From: a virus | Virus record (IMG/VR): IMGVR_UViG_3300010376_000011 | Location: 1 to 57,131 of that record | Length of the DNA: 57,131 nucleotides | Strand: one strand, 5' to 3' | Shown: in pieces, positions 7,845-17,377 of the stretch | Layout: the number at the start of each line of letters is the position of its first letter | Numbering within the stretch: the stretch's first letter is position 1 | Position numbers and translations under genes: made by a program | The notes under the pieces: generated by a model | Told to the model about the DNA's origin: nothing | The model's database searches: none | Seen by the model: the letters and a program-made list of their open reading frames with translations, nothing else

Positions 7845-9550
7845 CCGCGACGATCTCTAACGGCCAAGTCAAGCGACTGCCACGCGGCACAGTGCTCGAT
7901 GCAGATGGCAGACCGACGAGCTCGCGCGCTCCGCTCGACATAAGAGCAACAGGCTACGGCAACTACGGCGCGAACGTTACGAAGAACTCACTCGTCGGCT
8001 GGCTCTGGCGTGGTGGTGATGCCGACATCGACATCGGGCTAAACGCCCAAATCTTGCGAGAACGCAGCCGCGATGCGTTCATGGGCATTCCGCTTGCGTC
8101 AGGTGCAATCGAAACGCTTGACACAAATGTAATCGGAGAAGGACTCATGCCTGCGCCTAATGTCGATGGAGAGGCACTGGGTTTGTCGCCCGATGCGACT
8201 GCTGCTCTGAATGATGAGCTCGCGGAAAAGTTCGATTGGTGGGCTTGCGATCCGCGCGAGTGCGACTTCGAAGGCAAGAACAGTTTCTACATCAAGCAGA
8301 GCGTTGCCTTTCAGTCGATGCTGCTGAGCGGCGACTGCCCTGTGCTCTTTCCGCTGGATAAAAGACCGAACACACTTTTCGATTTTCGTCTGCGCGTGCT
8401 GGAAGCTGATCGCATCATCAATCCGTGGGTGAGTGATCCAATGAAAAACATCTTCAATGGTGTCGAGCTCGACGCGGACGGCCGCTTGCTCGCCTATCAC
8501 ATCGCAGAGCGGCACCCGCTCGCTTCGATGCGCTTGGGATGGGTTGTGCCTTCGCTGATGTTTCCCGCGAAAACATTTCGCGTCGAGCCTTATGGCGCGC
8601 TCACTGGCAGGCGGAACATGATTCTGCTCATCAAGCCAGAGCGTCCAGAGCAGCGCAGAGGCGTGCCGATCTTGTCAGTCTGCCTTGAGCTATTGAAGCA
8701 GATGGGTCGCTACACTGACGCAACAGTCGTGGCCGCGGTGATCCAGAGTTACTTCACAGCATTCATCACTCAAGATTTCCCTGACCAAAACATTTTCACT
8801 GACCTGCTCACTGAGGAACAGAAGCAGGAGATCCTGAATCTCAATCCGTATGACGTGCAGCTTGGCCCAGGCATCGTCAACTTCATGAGGCCAGGAAACA
8901 AAGTGAACTTCTCAAGCCCGACGCAACCGCAATCGACGTTCGGCGAGTTCACAATGTCAGTGGCGAAATTCATCGGCAGTGCGCTTGGCATACCGTATGA
9001 AGTCCTACTCAAGCAGTATAACGCGTCCTATTCGGCATCGCGCGCCGCCCTTCTGGACTTCTGGCGGCGCGTGCGCAAATGGCGCTCGCAGGTTGTCGAT
9101 CAATTCTGCCAGCCAGTCTATGAGGAATGGCTCATTGATGCAGTCACGCTCGGTGTGATTGAAGGATTCACTGGCGACATGACTGATCCTTATGTGCGTC
9201 GCTCGCTCGCTCGCTGCAATTGGAGCGGGAGCAGCGCAGGCAGTCTCGATCCGCAGAAAGAAGTCGCAGCAGCGGAAGCGAAAGTAAACGCAGGCTTCTC
9301 AACGATTGAACGTGAGTCGATGGAGCTCAACGGTTCTAATTGGCATGACAATGTTGTCGAGCAAGCGGTCGAGAAGAAAACATTTACCGACAACGATCTG
9401 ACCTTCCCGCCAGAGCGCGCAGGCGCGCAACTGGGAGCAGGCGGCAAAACATTTCCGACGCCGGGGCCAGGACAAGGCAATCCGGCAGCACGCGCGCGAA
9501 CGCGCAGACAGAACCACAGCTACATCTTGAGCGGAGCAATATCACGATGA
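7841..9550 (+). CDS. Portal protein, lambda gpB family
   Basis: 569 aa; ATGA coupling; GYGNYGAN..SLVGW..DADID..LRERSRD pattern typical of lambda-type portals; synteny. Confidence 0.9.
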   Translation: MTATISNGQVKRLPRGTVLDADGRPTSSRAPLDIRATGYGNYGANVTKNSLVGWLWRGGDADIDIGLNAQILRERSRDAFMGIPLASGAIETLDTNVIGEGLMPAPNVDGEALGLSPDATAALNDELAEKFDWWACDPRECDFEGKNSFYIKQSVAFQSMLLSGDCPVLFPLDKRPNTLFDFRLRVLEADRIINPWVSDPMKNIFNGVELDADGRLLAYHIAERHPLASMRLGWVVPSLMFPAKTFRVEPYGALTGRRNMILLIKPERPEQRRGVPILSVCLELLKQMGRYTDATVVAAVIQSYFTAFITQDFPDQNIFTDLLTEEQKQEILNLNPYDVQLGPGIVNFMRPGNKVNFSSPTQPQSTFGEFTMSVAKFIGSALGIPYEVLLKQYNASYSASRAALLDFWRRVRKWRSQVVDQFCQPVYEEWLIDAVTLGVIEGFTGDMTDPYVRRSLARCNWSGSSAGSLDPQKEVAAAEAKVNAGFSTIERESMELNGSNWHDNVVEQAVEKKTFTDNDLTFPPERAGAQLGAGGKTFPTPGPGQGNPAARARTRRQNHSYILSGAISR

Positions 9551-10698
9551 AAGAGCCACTACCGTTTTACCGATTCAGGGCAGAGGCCGGCGACGAGCCG
9601 ACTGCTGCTGAACTTTTGATCTTCGATGTGATTGGCGAGTATGACTTCTTGGGCGAAGTCGGCGCGAAGGCGTTCGCGAAAGACTTGTCCGCGCTGCCAA
9701 AGAGCGTGAAGCGGCTCGACATTCACATCAATAGCCCAGGCGGCAGTGTGAGTGAGGCGAACGCGATCTACTCGCGACTCGCAGATCATCCGAGCACGAA
9801 GAACGTTTACATCGACGGTCTTGCAGCGAGCGCAGCGACGTTAGTCGCGATGGTAGGTCACAAAATCTACATTCGCGCCAATGCTTCGATGATGATTCAT
9901 CTGCCGATGGCAATCGTGATCGGCAACGCCGAAGAGATGCGCAAAGCTGTGGCCGCGCTTGAGAGTGTCACAGAATCAATGCTGAACCTTTACACGAAGC
10001 GCACAGGCGGCGAGCGCGAAGCGATCCGCGCGCTGATGAGCGCGGAGACTTGGTTCGAAGCCAATGCAGCAGTCGAAGCAGGATTCGCTGATGAAGTGCG
10101 CGGTGTCGTCAAAGCTGCTGCGATGCTCGATGGCACGAAGCGCGTGATGTTTAACGGCTTGACTTTCGATCTTTCCCGATACCACAACATTCCGGCATTC
10201 ACTGCCGCGCAGACAGAACCCAAACCAAAGGAACATATGAAACCGACCGCAGAAAATGATCCACCGACGCCTGCGCCGACACCGACGCCGACGCCGACTC
10301 CCACGCCGACACCCACGCCGACACCTGCTCCCTCAACCGAGCAACCGACGAACATCGTGTCGGAAGAGCAGTTCAAGAAAGGCATCGCTGCTGAGCGCGC
10401 GCGCATCGCAGCGTTGCAGAAATACGACAAGCCTGCCACGCATGACTTGATCGTGAAAGCGATTGAGGATGGCAAGACCGTTGCAGACATCACTGATGAT
10501 CTGTTCAACGCGCTTGAGAAATCAGCGCAGCAGAGCGCGCGGCATAGTGATGCCGATCAGCTCCGGCACATTCCCGCGAGCGATCCGATCACTGGCGATA
10601 ACAGTGAAGAGTTCGGCAACCGACTGACAAAGGCAGTCAAAGCGCAGTTGAAGAGACGCGGACAACTCGCCATGTCCGCGATGCACAGCAGGAATTAA
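9547..10698 (+). CDS. Prohead protease (ClpP/S49-like) fused to a C-terminal scaffold-like domain
   Basis: LDIHINSPGGSVSEANAIYSRL..IDGLAASAATLVAM..ANASMMIHLP serine-protease motifs, then a (PT)n linker and a helical C-terminus. Confidence 0.85.
   Translation: MKEPLPFYRFRAEAGDEPTAAELLIFDVIGEYDFLGEVGAKAFAKDLSALPKSVKRLDIHINSPGGSVSEANAIYSRLADHPSTKNVYIDGLAASAATLVAMVGHKIYIRANASMMIHLPMAIVIGNAEEMRKAVAALESVTESMLNLYTKRTGGEREAIRALMSAETWFEANAAVEAGFADEVRGVVKAAAMLDGTKRVMFNGLTFDLSRYHNIPAFTAAQTEPKPKEHMKPTAENDPPTPAPTPTPTPTPTPTPTPTPAPSTEQPTNIVSEEQFKKGIAAERARIAALQKYDKPATHDLIVKAIEDGKTVADITDDLFNALEKSAQQSARHSDADQLRHIPASDPITGDNSEEFGNRLTKAVKAQLKRRGQLAMSAMHSRN
10264..10326 (+). repeat. Coding Pro-Thr dipeptide repeat (ccgacg/ccgaca units) forming a linker inside the protease-scaffold gene
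   Basis: Translates to PTPAPTPTPTPTPTPTPTPAP. Confidence 0.8.
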
Positions 10699-10755
10699 CT
10701 GAAACGATTATCCACGCAGACAAACAAACAAATCGACGAAAGGAAAACTCAGACT

Positions 10756-11262
10756 ATGAAATCAATGCTTACTCGAGTCCGCTGGGCAATCGCTCTGTTC
10801 ATGGCTCCGCTGATCGTCGCGCTGCATCGCATCGGCAAGCCGCAAGGCTTCGAAGTGTTCGGCGCGATCTCTGGCACGACCATGAATCCGGTGCCATTGC
10901 TCAGTCACGACGACGATCCGAATCTGAAAATTGTTCGGATGCCGTATGCAGCAGCAGGTGGCGCGGCCTTGTCCACGATCAAGCCGGGCTACCTTGTGAA
11001 GTTCGACGCCGCCCGCGCGAACGTTAACCCTGCGCTCACCGCAGACGATGCCGTGTTGGAAGGAGTGGTTCTCGACGTGCCGAATGACGTCGCGAATCCG
11101 AATGACGTGACTGTCGCGGTCGCGTTGTCGGGATCCTTCGACAAGAACACTATCAAGTATTCTGACGGCTCATCGCCGATCAGCGCAGCAGGCCAGAAGC
11201 GTCTGCGCGAAGTGCAGATTTACTTGGACGCAGCCATTGTCGGTGGTGCGTTCGCTCCCTAA
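10756..11262 (+). CDS. Head decoration protein, lambda gpD-like, with a hydrophobic N-terminal extension
   Basis: Sits between protease and MCP; IKPGYLVKFD..LEGVVLDV..ALSGSFDKNTIKY resembles gpD; RBS GAAAGGAAAACTCAGACTATG nearly identical to the MCP RBS. Confidence 0.65.
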   Translation: MKSMLTRVRWAIALFMAPLIVALHRIGKPQGFEVFGAISGTTMNPVPLLSHDDDPNLKIVRMPYAAAGGAALSTIKPGYLVKFDAARANVNPALTADDAVLEGVVLDVPNDVANPNDVTVAVALSGSFDKNTIKYSDGSSPISAAGQKRLREVQIYLDAAIVGGAFAP

Positions 11263-11295
11263 CCCGCAGACAATTAAGAAAGGAAAACTCAAACC

Positions 11296-12720
11296 ATGTT
11301 AAATCCTGCATACGAAACAAAGACGATGCTGGCACCGTTTCTGGAAGGCCCGCTCGTTCCCACGTTCTTGCGCGACACCTTTTTCAGCGCGCGAGAATAT
11401 CCCGCCACGCCGCTAATTGAATTTGATTTCAGACGCGGTCGTCGCAAGATGGCTCCTTTCGTCGCACCGCTTGTCGGTGGCAAGCTGATGGAGCGTCAAG
11501 GCTTTGAGACTCGGTTCTTCCGAGCTCCGCGAATCGCACCTGTTCGCGCTCTGCGCACTCCTGATCTGGAAGCGCGGATGCCTGGCGAAACAATCTACAG
11601 CGCGCGCTCGCCTGCCGATCGTGCTGCTGAACTGCTCGCGGAAGATGCGATCTACTGCGACGAAGCAATCACTCGACGTGAAGAGTGGATGTGCCGCAAC
11701 GTGCTCGTTAACGGCGCGATCACTGTCACCGCTGACACAGGTTACCAGATGGTAATCGACTTCACTCAATCGAGCGCAGGCGCAGCGAACAATCACTACG
11801 TTCCTTCGGTGAAGTGGGACGTGTCGAGCGGCAGCGATCCGCTTGCTGATCTGGAAGCAGCGCGACTGGCGACGATCAAGGATAGCGGCATCGCGCCGAA
11901 CGTCGCTCTGATGGGAGTGAACGCTGCGAAGGTGTTCATTCGAAACCCGCAAGTGGCCGCACTCTTGAACAAGCTGCAATACTCAATCGCCACGATCCAG
12001 CCGGTGATTCAAGCACCGAATGTTGTCCTAATTGGCAGCGTGCCTGGGATGCAGGTTTACGAGTATGCTGACTATTTCGAAGACGACACGGGAACGATCT
12101 TCCCGATGCTGCCTGACAATTTCGTCATGCTGCTCTCGACCAATACGCCTAACAAGATCGTCTATGGCGCGTTCACTCAGTTGGAAGACGCGAAGCAGAA
12201 ACGCTATGTGACTTATCAGCAACCGCGCATTCCGTTCGTCTATGGTGACGAGGAAGGCGGCGCGCTCTACTATCGGCTCACAAGCTGCCCGCTGCCGATG
12301 CCGGTGGACATTCTGGGCTTCCGCATCATCGAGGCGCTTGCGCTGACTTATCCCGCGATGGTTGAAGGCGACGCGGTCCTGAACTCGCTCACTGGCGAGA
12401 TCACTGGCGGCGAAGAGGAAGCGAACGAGCTCAAGCAGAAGGCGGCAGAGGAAGCAGAGAAAGCGAAAGAGAGAAAATCATCTGCCAACTGGCCCGATGA
12501 TCCAGACAAGCCGAAGAGCATCGCTGACAAGAACGCTGAGAAGAATGGCGGCAAGAAAGCAAATAACAGTGGTGGAGCGAAATCCACGACTGGCGACGAT
12601 GATCTTGAGGATTACACCGTCGATCAGTTGCGTGACATTGCGCAAGAGGAAGGTGCAGACCTGACCGGCGCCACGCACAAAGCCGACATCATCAAAGCAA
12701 TCGAGAAGAACCGCAAGTAA
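11296..12720 (+). CDS. Major capsid protein, lambda gpE family, with a roughly 110-aa C-terminal extension ending in a Rho-N/SAP-like HeH motif
   Basis: N-terminus LAPFLEGPLVPTFLRDTFF..IEFDFRRGRRKMAPFVAPLVGG typical of gpE-like MCPs; C-terminus LEDYTVDQLRDIAQEEGADLTGATHKADIIKAIEKN. Confidence 0.9.
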   Translation: MLNPAYETKTMLAPFLEGPLVPTFLRDTFFSAREYPATPLIEFDFRRGRRKMAPFVAPLVGGKLMERQGFETRFFRAPRIAPVRALRTPDLEARMPGETIYSARSPADRAAELLAEDAIYCDEAITRREEWMCRNVLVNGAITVTADTGYQMVIDFTQSSAGAANNHYVPSVKWDVSSGSDPLADLEAARLATIKDSGIAPNVALMGVNAAKVFIRNPQVAALLNKLQYSIATIQPVIQAPNVVLIGSVPGMQVYEYADYFEDDTGTIFPMLPDNFVMLLSTNTPNKIVYGAFTQLEDAKQKRYVTYQQPRIPFVYGDEEGGALYYRLTSCPLPMPVDILGFRIIEALALTYPAMVEGDAVLNSLTGEITGGEEEANELKQKAAEEAEKAKERKSSANWPDDPDKPKSIADKNAEKNGGKKANNSGGAKSTTGDDDLEDYTVDQLRDIAQEEGADLTGATHKADIIKAIEKNRK

Positions 12721-12735
12721 CCTCTCGCTAGGCTT

Positions 12736-13104
12736 ATGAGTCTGAGGCAGCAGTTCGCGCCCGATCTGGTGAACGTGTTTCACAACACGGACGAGTTCGC
12801 CGAGACGCGCGAGTTTCGCATCAATGACGGGCAAGGCGGCTTCAAAGTTTTCACCGCGCAAGTGGTGTGGGATGAGGAAGCAGCGAAGCGCCAGCCTGTC
12901 GTTGCGACGCATGGCGTCTATATGGGTGACGTGCTGCTGCATATCAAAGAAGTCGATCTCCCGCGTGCTCCTGTGGCGGGTGAGGTGTTGTTCTCACCCG
13001 CCAACAAGGTGTGGGAAGTTTTGCAGATCACTCACGAAGAAGGCGAGTATGTGATCGCGCTGAGCGCGACGCGCAGCCAGCCTGCCTTCTATGGAAGCAA
13101 CTAA
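12736..13104 (+). CDS. Putative head-tail adaptor/connector protein
   Basis: 122 aa directly after the MCP; pattern typical of head-tail joining proteins (eye call only). Confidence 0.5.
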   Translation: MSLRQQFAPDLVNVFHNTDEFAETREFRINDGQGGFKVFTAQVVWDEEAAKRQPVVATHGVYMGDVLLHIKEVDLPRAPVAGEVLFSPANKVWEVLQITHEEGEYVIALSATRSQPAFYGSN

Positions 13105-13106
13105 AC

Positions 13107-13667
13107 ATGGTCGCAATTCAGATTGACCCGAAGCAGATGAAGCGGCTGACCGCTGCGCTCGGTAACATCAAGGATGGTGTTCCGCGCGCGCTCACTGCTG
13201 CTGTCAATCGCGCGCTTGCATCTGGCAAGACGACCGTGAAGCGCGAGATCCGGAAGAAGTATCTCATCAAAGCGAAAGACATTCCGATTGCCGTGATGAA
13301 AGCGACATTCGGCAAGCCGGAAGGTCACATCATCCTGAGACAAGGGATGCTCGCGCTGTCGGAGTTTCGCTTCTCGCCGAAGAGCATCCGCAGCAAGCGG
13401 CCGCTCTACGCGCAAGTGAAGAAAGGTGGTGGCGGATTCATCCGCACAGGATTCGTCGCGCAGATGGAGAGCGGTCACATCGCACCGTTCCGTCGCGTCG
13501 GCGCTGCTCGCTTGCCGATTCAACATTTAGTAACGATCGGCGCACCGATCATGGCGACTCAGCCAGACGTCGGACCTGCTGTTAATAAAGCGATGGGGGA
13601 CACACTGGCGAAACGAATTGATCACGAAATCACTCGAGTGCTTGAACGCTCGCGTGGCAAATACTGA
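13107..13667 (+). CDS. Putative tail-completion/neck protein (lambda gpZ-like)
   Basis: Internal ATG 13107 (MVAIQIDPKQ) of track ORF 13011-13667; LSEFRFSPKSI..YAQVKKGGGGF..RLPIQHL resembles the minor-tail-Z family. Confidence 0.5.
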   Translation: MVAIQIDPKQMKRLTAALGNIKDGVPRALTAAVNRALASGKTTVKREIRKKYLIKAKDIPIAVMKATFGKPEGHIILRQGMLALSEFRFSPKSIRSKRPLYAQVKKGGGGFIRTGFVAQMESGHIAPFRRVGAARLPIQHLVTIGAPIMATQPDVGPAVNKAMGDTLAKRIDHEITRVLERSRGKY

Positions 13668-13678
13668 AAGGAACACTT

Positions 13679-13837
13679 ATGGGATTACTCACGATCATCT
13701 ATTGGGTTTTGTTAATTCTGATTTTGGTTGGACTGTTCGCGGGCACAGCCTGGCCGTGGTGGCCACGCTTGAACACAGCAGTTGAGCTCGCGCTGTTCAT
13801 CATCATCGGATTGAAGATTCTGAAACCGACTTGGTAA
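13679..13837 (+). CDS. Possible 52-aa two-TM membrane protein (below the track cut-off)
   Basis: GAAAGGAACACTTATG RBS; MGLLTIIYWVLLILILVGLF...LALFIIIGLKIL. Confidence 0.4.
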   Translation: MGLLTIIYWVLLILILVGLFAGTAWPWWPRLNTAVELALFIIIGLKILKPTW

Positions 13838-13839
13838 CT

Positions 13840-14541
13840 ATGGGAATGGCAGTTCCAGAGCCAGTGACATTGCCTGCGAACGACAAAGGCATTCGCACTC
13901 ATACTGCCTTTGATCTTGAGCGCACGCTTGTCGGCTTCCTGACGAATCTCTTTTCAACGATCAGGCTCGACAATCCCACGCTCAGCGTGTCGCAAGCAGT
14001 CGCGCCACAGCCTGACACGATGCTCGATCCAGATCAGCCGCCAGTGTCTTATGATCCAGGGACGCGACAGCAAACGCTCGCGCTCAAAGTCGCGCCGCGA
14101 GTGTTTCGTGGCCGCGTGCCGCGCACGGTGACAGGCGAGATCGACGTCAATCAGCTTGCGAATGTGCCGAACATCATCGTGCAAGCGATGAAGGCGAAGA
14201 TCGACATCGAATCAACGACTGCCACAGTGAAAATCTGTTTCACGACCTACGATGAGAATCCTGACAGCAGCGGCTATCAGGACTGCTTGAACATGATGGA
14301 AGCTGCTGGAATCGCGCTGATGCAATTCGGGCAAGCGGGACTGGACAAAGCGTTTCCGCTTGTGCCGCCTATCGACTGGGAGTTCATCGAATCGCCGCAA
14401 GCCGATTACTACCCACACTTCATCGGCGAGATGACAACGCAATGGCAACTCTTGAGCGCGCGTCCGTGGGTGTTCCCCGACACGTTTGGCATAGTGCCAG
14501 CAGAGAGTTTAGAAACACGGCAAGAAAATCTTGTGCCATGA
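13840..14541 (+). CDS. Hypothetical virion protein (position suggests tail terminator or completion)
   Basis: ORF between the neck genes and the sheath; ATG 13840 (the track starts at TTG 13831). Confidence 0.5.
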   Translation: MGMAVPEPVTLPANDKGIRTHTAFDLERTLVGFLTNLFSTIRLDNPTLSVSQAVAPQPDTMLDPDQPPVSYDPGTRQQTLALKVAPRVFRGRVPRTVTGEIDVNQLANVPNIIVQAMKAKIDIESTTATVKICFTTYDENPDSSGYQDCLNMMEAAGIALMQFGQAGLDKAFPLVPPIDWEFIESPQADYYPHFIGEMTTQWQLLSARPWVFPDTFGIVPAESLETRQENLVP

Positions 14542-14834
14542 TTACCGATCAACACATTTACTTGGGCCCGCGCTTGCACGCTTTCGGCGTCGGCTATGGC
14601 ACTGTCTTTCACAATGGTCTGCATCCGCGCCTCAAGGAGATCATCGCGCAGTGTCCGGCTGTCGGTTCGCTCGTCGTGCCGGTCAAAGAAGCAGGCGCAG
14701 TCCGTCGCGAGCTCGACTTCGATTACGCGCACAACATGCGCGGCACGCGCGGCAAGTATGTAACCTTTTATCGCGAAGTTCAAAACTGGCTGAAAGGCCG
14801 CAAGCAAACAAACGCACAACAACAAGTGAGGTAA
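14538..14834 (+). CDS. Hypothetical virion protein
   Basis: Internal ATG 14538 overlaps the upstream stop (ATGA); 98 aa immediately before the sheath. Confidence 0.5.
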   Translation: MITDQHIYLGPRLHAFGVGYGTVFHNGLHPRLKEIIAQCPAVGSLVVPVKEAGAVRRELDFDYAHNMRGTRGKYVTFYREVQNWLKGRKQTNAQQQVR

Positions 14835-14840
14835 AACACC

Positions 14841-16346
14841 ATGCCTAATCTCGGTCTCTTCAAACATGGCGTCAGTTGGTCTGACGTCCCGACAAGCGTA
14901 ATCAGTCCCGTTCAAGCTTTGCCTGGCGTGAACGTGGTCTTTGGATCCGCGCCGCTGCATCTCGTCCAGAACGGAAAGGATGCAGTCAACAAACCAAATC
15001 TGTTCAACACCTATGAGGAAGCTGTGCTGGCACTCGGCTTCTCGCTCGATTGGGAGCAATACGACATCTGTGAGCACATGGATGCGCAGTTCGTCGAGTT
15101 CGGTATGTATCCGGTGATCTATGTCCCCGTGAACAATCCTGAGGATGGCAAGATCGCTTTCCCTGCGACTTCATTCACGCTTGCGAATGGGCAAGTCGAT
15201 ACAGGCCACAATGATTTGATCGCTTGGGATATTGTCGTCGCGGCGACGAGTGGCGGCACACCTTACGTGCTCGGCACTGACTACTTGCTGTCGCTCAGCA
15301 GCACTGGCACTTGGGTTATCACGCGCGTTGCTACAGGCGCGATTCCTTCCGACACGTCGCCAGTCTTTGTGAGCGGCTTTGCGATCAGTGGCGTGCCGAT
15401 TGATGCGACCGACGTGATTGGTGGCATTGATAGTGGCACAGGCGCGCGCAGCGGGCTTGAGGTGATCGAAGATGTGTTCCAATCAACGGGCATCGTGCCG
15501 GGCGTGATCGTGTGTCCGAAGTTCAGCAAGGATCCAACCGTCGCGGCAGTGATGGAAGCAAAGAGCGAGAACATCAACGGTTGCTTTGCTTGCACCTGCT
15601 TGATTGACGTGGACACAGCGACAGCGAAGACACCGACTGCAGCGCAAGCATGGAAGAACTCGAACAACATCGTTTTCCCACGGCAGGAGTGCTTGTTCGG
15701 CAAGCCTGCGCTGATCGCGCTCGATGGCACAATGAAGGTGTTCAACTTCTCATCGCAGCAAGGGCCGCTGCTGCAATGGACTGACACTTACAAAGGCAAC
15801 GGTCTGCCTTACTACTCACCGTCGAACAAAAACTTGCGGATGAACGCGCTGCTGCTCGATGATGGCACCGAGCTCCCGATGCACTTGCTCGATGCCAATT
15901 ACCTGAACAGTCAGGGCATCGTGACTGCGCTCAACTTCATTGGCGGCTGGCGCTCATGGGGCAACCGCACTGCTGCTTATCCGAGCAACACAGACGTCAA
16001 AGATATGTTCATTCCAGTGAAGCGAATGTTCGACTATATCGGCAACACGACTGTGCTGACGATCTGGCAAAAAGTCGACGACCCAGGCAATCGCCGGCTG
16101 ATCGACGCGGTTGTCAATTCGCTACAGCTTTGGCTCGATGGACTCGCTGCGACCGAAGCACTGCTCGGCGCGCGCATCGAGTTCCGGCAAGACGAAAACC
16201 CGACCACGGAACTGCTCAATGGGCATTACGTGTTCCATATTTACATCGCAGTCCCGACGCCTGCTGAATGGCTCGACTTCCGTGTGGAGTATTGGGTTCC
16301 GTATATTGCGACTCTCTTCCAAGACGTATCACTGGCAGCGGCGTAA
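14841..16346 (+). CDS. Contractile tail sheath protein
   Basis: 501 aa; N-terminus GLFKHGVSWSDVPTSV..LPGVNVVFGSAPLHL..VNKPNLFNTYEEAVLALG typical of P2 FI/Mu L sheaths; followed by the tube. Confidence 0.9.
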   Translation: MPNLGLFKHGVSWSDVPTSVISPVQALPGVNVVFGSAPLHLVQNGKDAVNKPNLFNTYEEAVLALGFSLDWEQYDICEHMDAQFVEFGMYPVIYVPVNNPEDGKIAFPATSFTLANGQVDTGHNDLIAWDIVVAATSGGTPYVLGTDYLLSLSSTGTWVITRVATGAIPSDTSPVFVSGFAISGVPIDATDVIGGIDSGTGARSGLEVIEDVFQSTGIVPGVIVCPKFSKDPTVAAVMEAKSENINGCFACTCLIDVDTATAKTPTAAQAWKNSNNIVFPRQECLFGKPALIALDGTMKVFNFSSQQGPLLQWTDTYKGNGLPYYSPSNKNLRMNALLLDDGTELPMHLLDANYLNSQGIVTALNFIGGWRSWGNRTAAYPSNTDVKDMFIPVKRMFDYIGNTTVLTIWQKVDDPGNRRLIDAVVNSLQLWLDGLAATEALLGARIEFRQDENPTTELLNGHYVFHIYIAVPTPAEWLDFRVEYWVPYIATLFQDVSLAAA

Positions 16347-16374
16347 CTCAGAAAACAAAGAAGGAAACACTTAG

Positions 16375-16902
16375 ATGAGAATCCCAAATCATGTAGCGAA
16401 TTACTCGATCTTCAAAGACGGTCGCCGCCTAATCGGGCTGGCGGACGTCACACTTGGCAATCTGCAAAACCTGACTGACTCGCTCAAAGGCAGCGGCATC
16501 TTTGGCGAGATCGACATGCCGATTCAAGCGCACTTCCAAGCGATCACTGTGACGCTTAACTGGCTCGCGATCACTGACGACGCCGTATTTGCGACGATTC
16601 AGGACGGCGCGCAGCTTGACGCATGGGCAGCGGTGCAATCGCACGATAGCGGCACAGGGCAGATCATTCATGACGGCTGGCGATTCGTCATGACCACTTG
16701 CCCGAAAAGCTTTAACCTGGGCAAGCTGGAAGTCGGCGCGAAAGGCGAAGCGGTCAGCGAGTATGAACTGATCGGGATCCGCGCACTGTTCAACGACAAG
16801 GTCATGTTCGAAATGAACAAGGAGAATGCAGTGTGTCGCTGGTCGAATGGCATCACGCTTGTGGACACTGGCGCGCGGATTCGACAATTGATCGGAATGT
16901 GA
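16375..16902 (+). CDS. Tail tube protein (P2 FII-like)
   Basis: 175 aa; NYSIFKDGRRLIGLADVTLGNLQNLTDSLKGSG resembles the FII N-terminus; synteny. Confidence 0.85.
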   Translation: MRIPNHVANYSIFKDGRRLIGLADVTLGNLQNLTDSLKGSGIFGEIDMPIQAHFQAITVTLNWLAITDDAVFATIQDGAQLDAWAAVQSHDSGTGQIIHDGWRFVMTTCPKSFNLGKLEVGAKGEAVSEYELIGIRALFNDKVMFEMNKENAVCRWSNGITLVDTGARIRQLIGM

Positions 16903-16933
16903 CGCTTGCGACTTCTGTGCTATAGAGGCAGTC

Positions 16934-17377
16934 ATGGACCAAACACTGCTACAGAAAAGAGAAGGCGCGCTGCCTGAGACGGCAGAGCGCAGCAATAACG
17001 ACACGACCGAGATCGAGCAACCGAATCAGGAGTATCGCAATCTCAAGATTGAACCGCCGCGCCTGCCGCTGCGAATGATCCTCACTCCGCCGCTCGATTT
17101 CGACGGCCAGAAGTATGAAGTGCTGATCTTCGACTTCGACGCGATGACTGGAAAAGATTTCCAGCGCGCAGAGAGGGAGTTCACGCATCGCTACAAGCCT
17201 GAGAAAGATGAGACTGTGCTGCCAGAGATGAAGCACCTTTACCATCAGATCATCGCAGCGCATCGAGCCAACGTGCCACTGGGGGTGATTCAGAAGTTGC
17301 CACGGCGCTATTACACGCCGCTCCGGATTGAAGTCCTAAAAGCCTGTGGCAGCTCGCCGGAAGAGGACAAAGCGTAA
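16934..17377 (+). CDS. Tail assembly chaperone (P2 gpE / lambda gpG analogue)
   Basis: Sits between tube and tape measure; a downstream -1 frame ORF is present. Confidence 0.7.
   Translation: MDQTLLQKREGALPETAERSNNDTTEIEQPNQEYRNLKIEPPRLPLRMILTPPLDFDGQKYEVLIFDFDAMTGKDFQRAEREFTHRYKPEKDETVLPEMKHLYHQIIAAHRANVPLGVIQKLPRRYYTPLRIEVLKACGSSPEEDKA

Noticed and set aside
14409-15077. 222-aa minus-strand ORF
   Set aside because: It is antisense to the 14538 ORF and the tail sheath gene, and is a shadow frame. The same reasoning applies to 29878-30681 (antisense to gpJ), 32595-33338 (antisense to the tail fiber), 44063-44755 and 44659-45207 (antisense to the SNF2 helicase), and 54933-55541.
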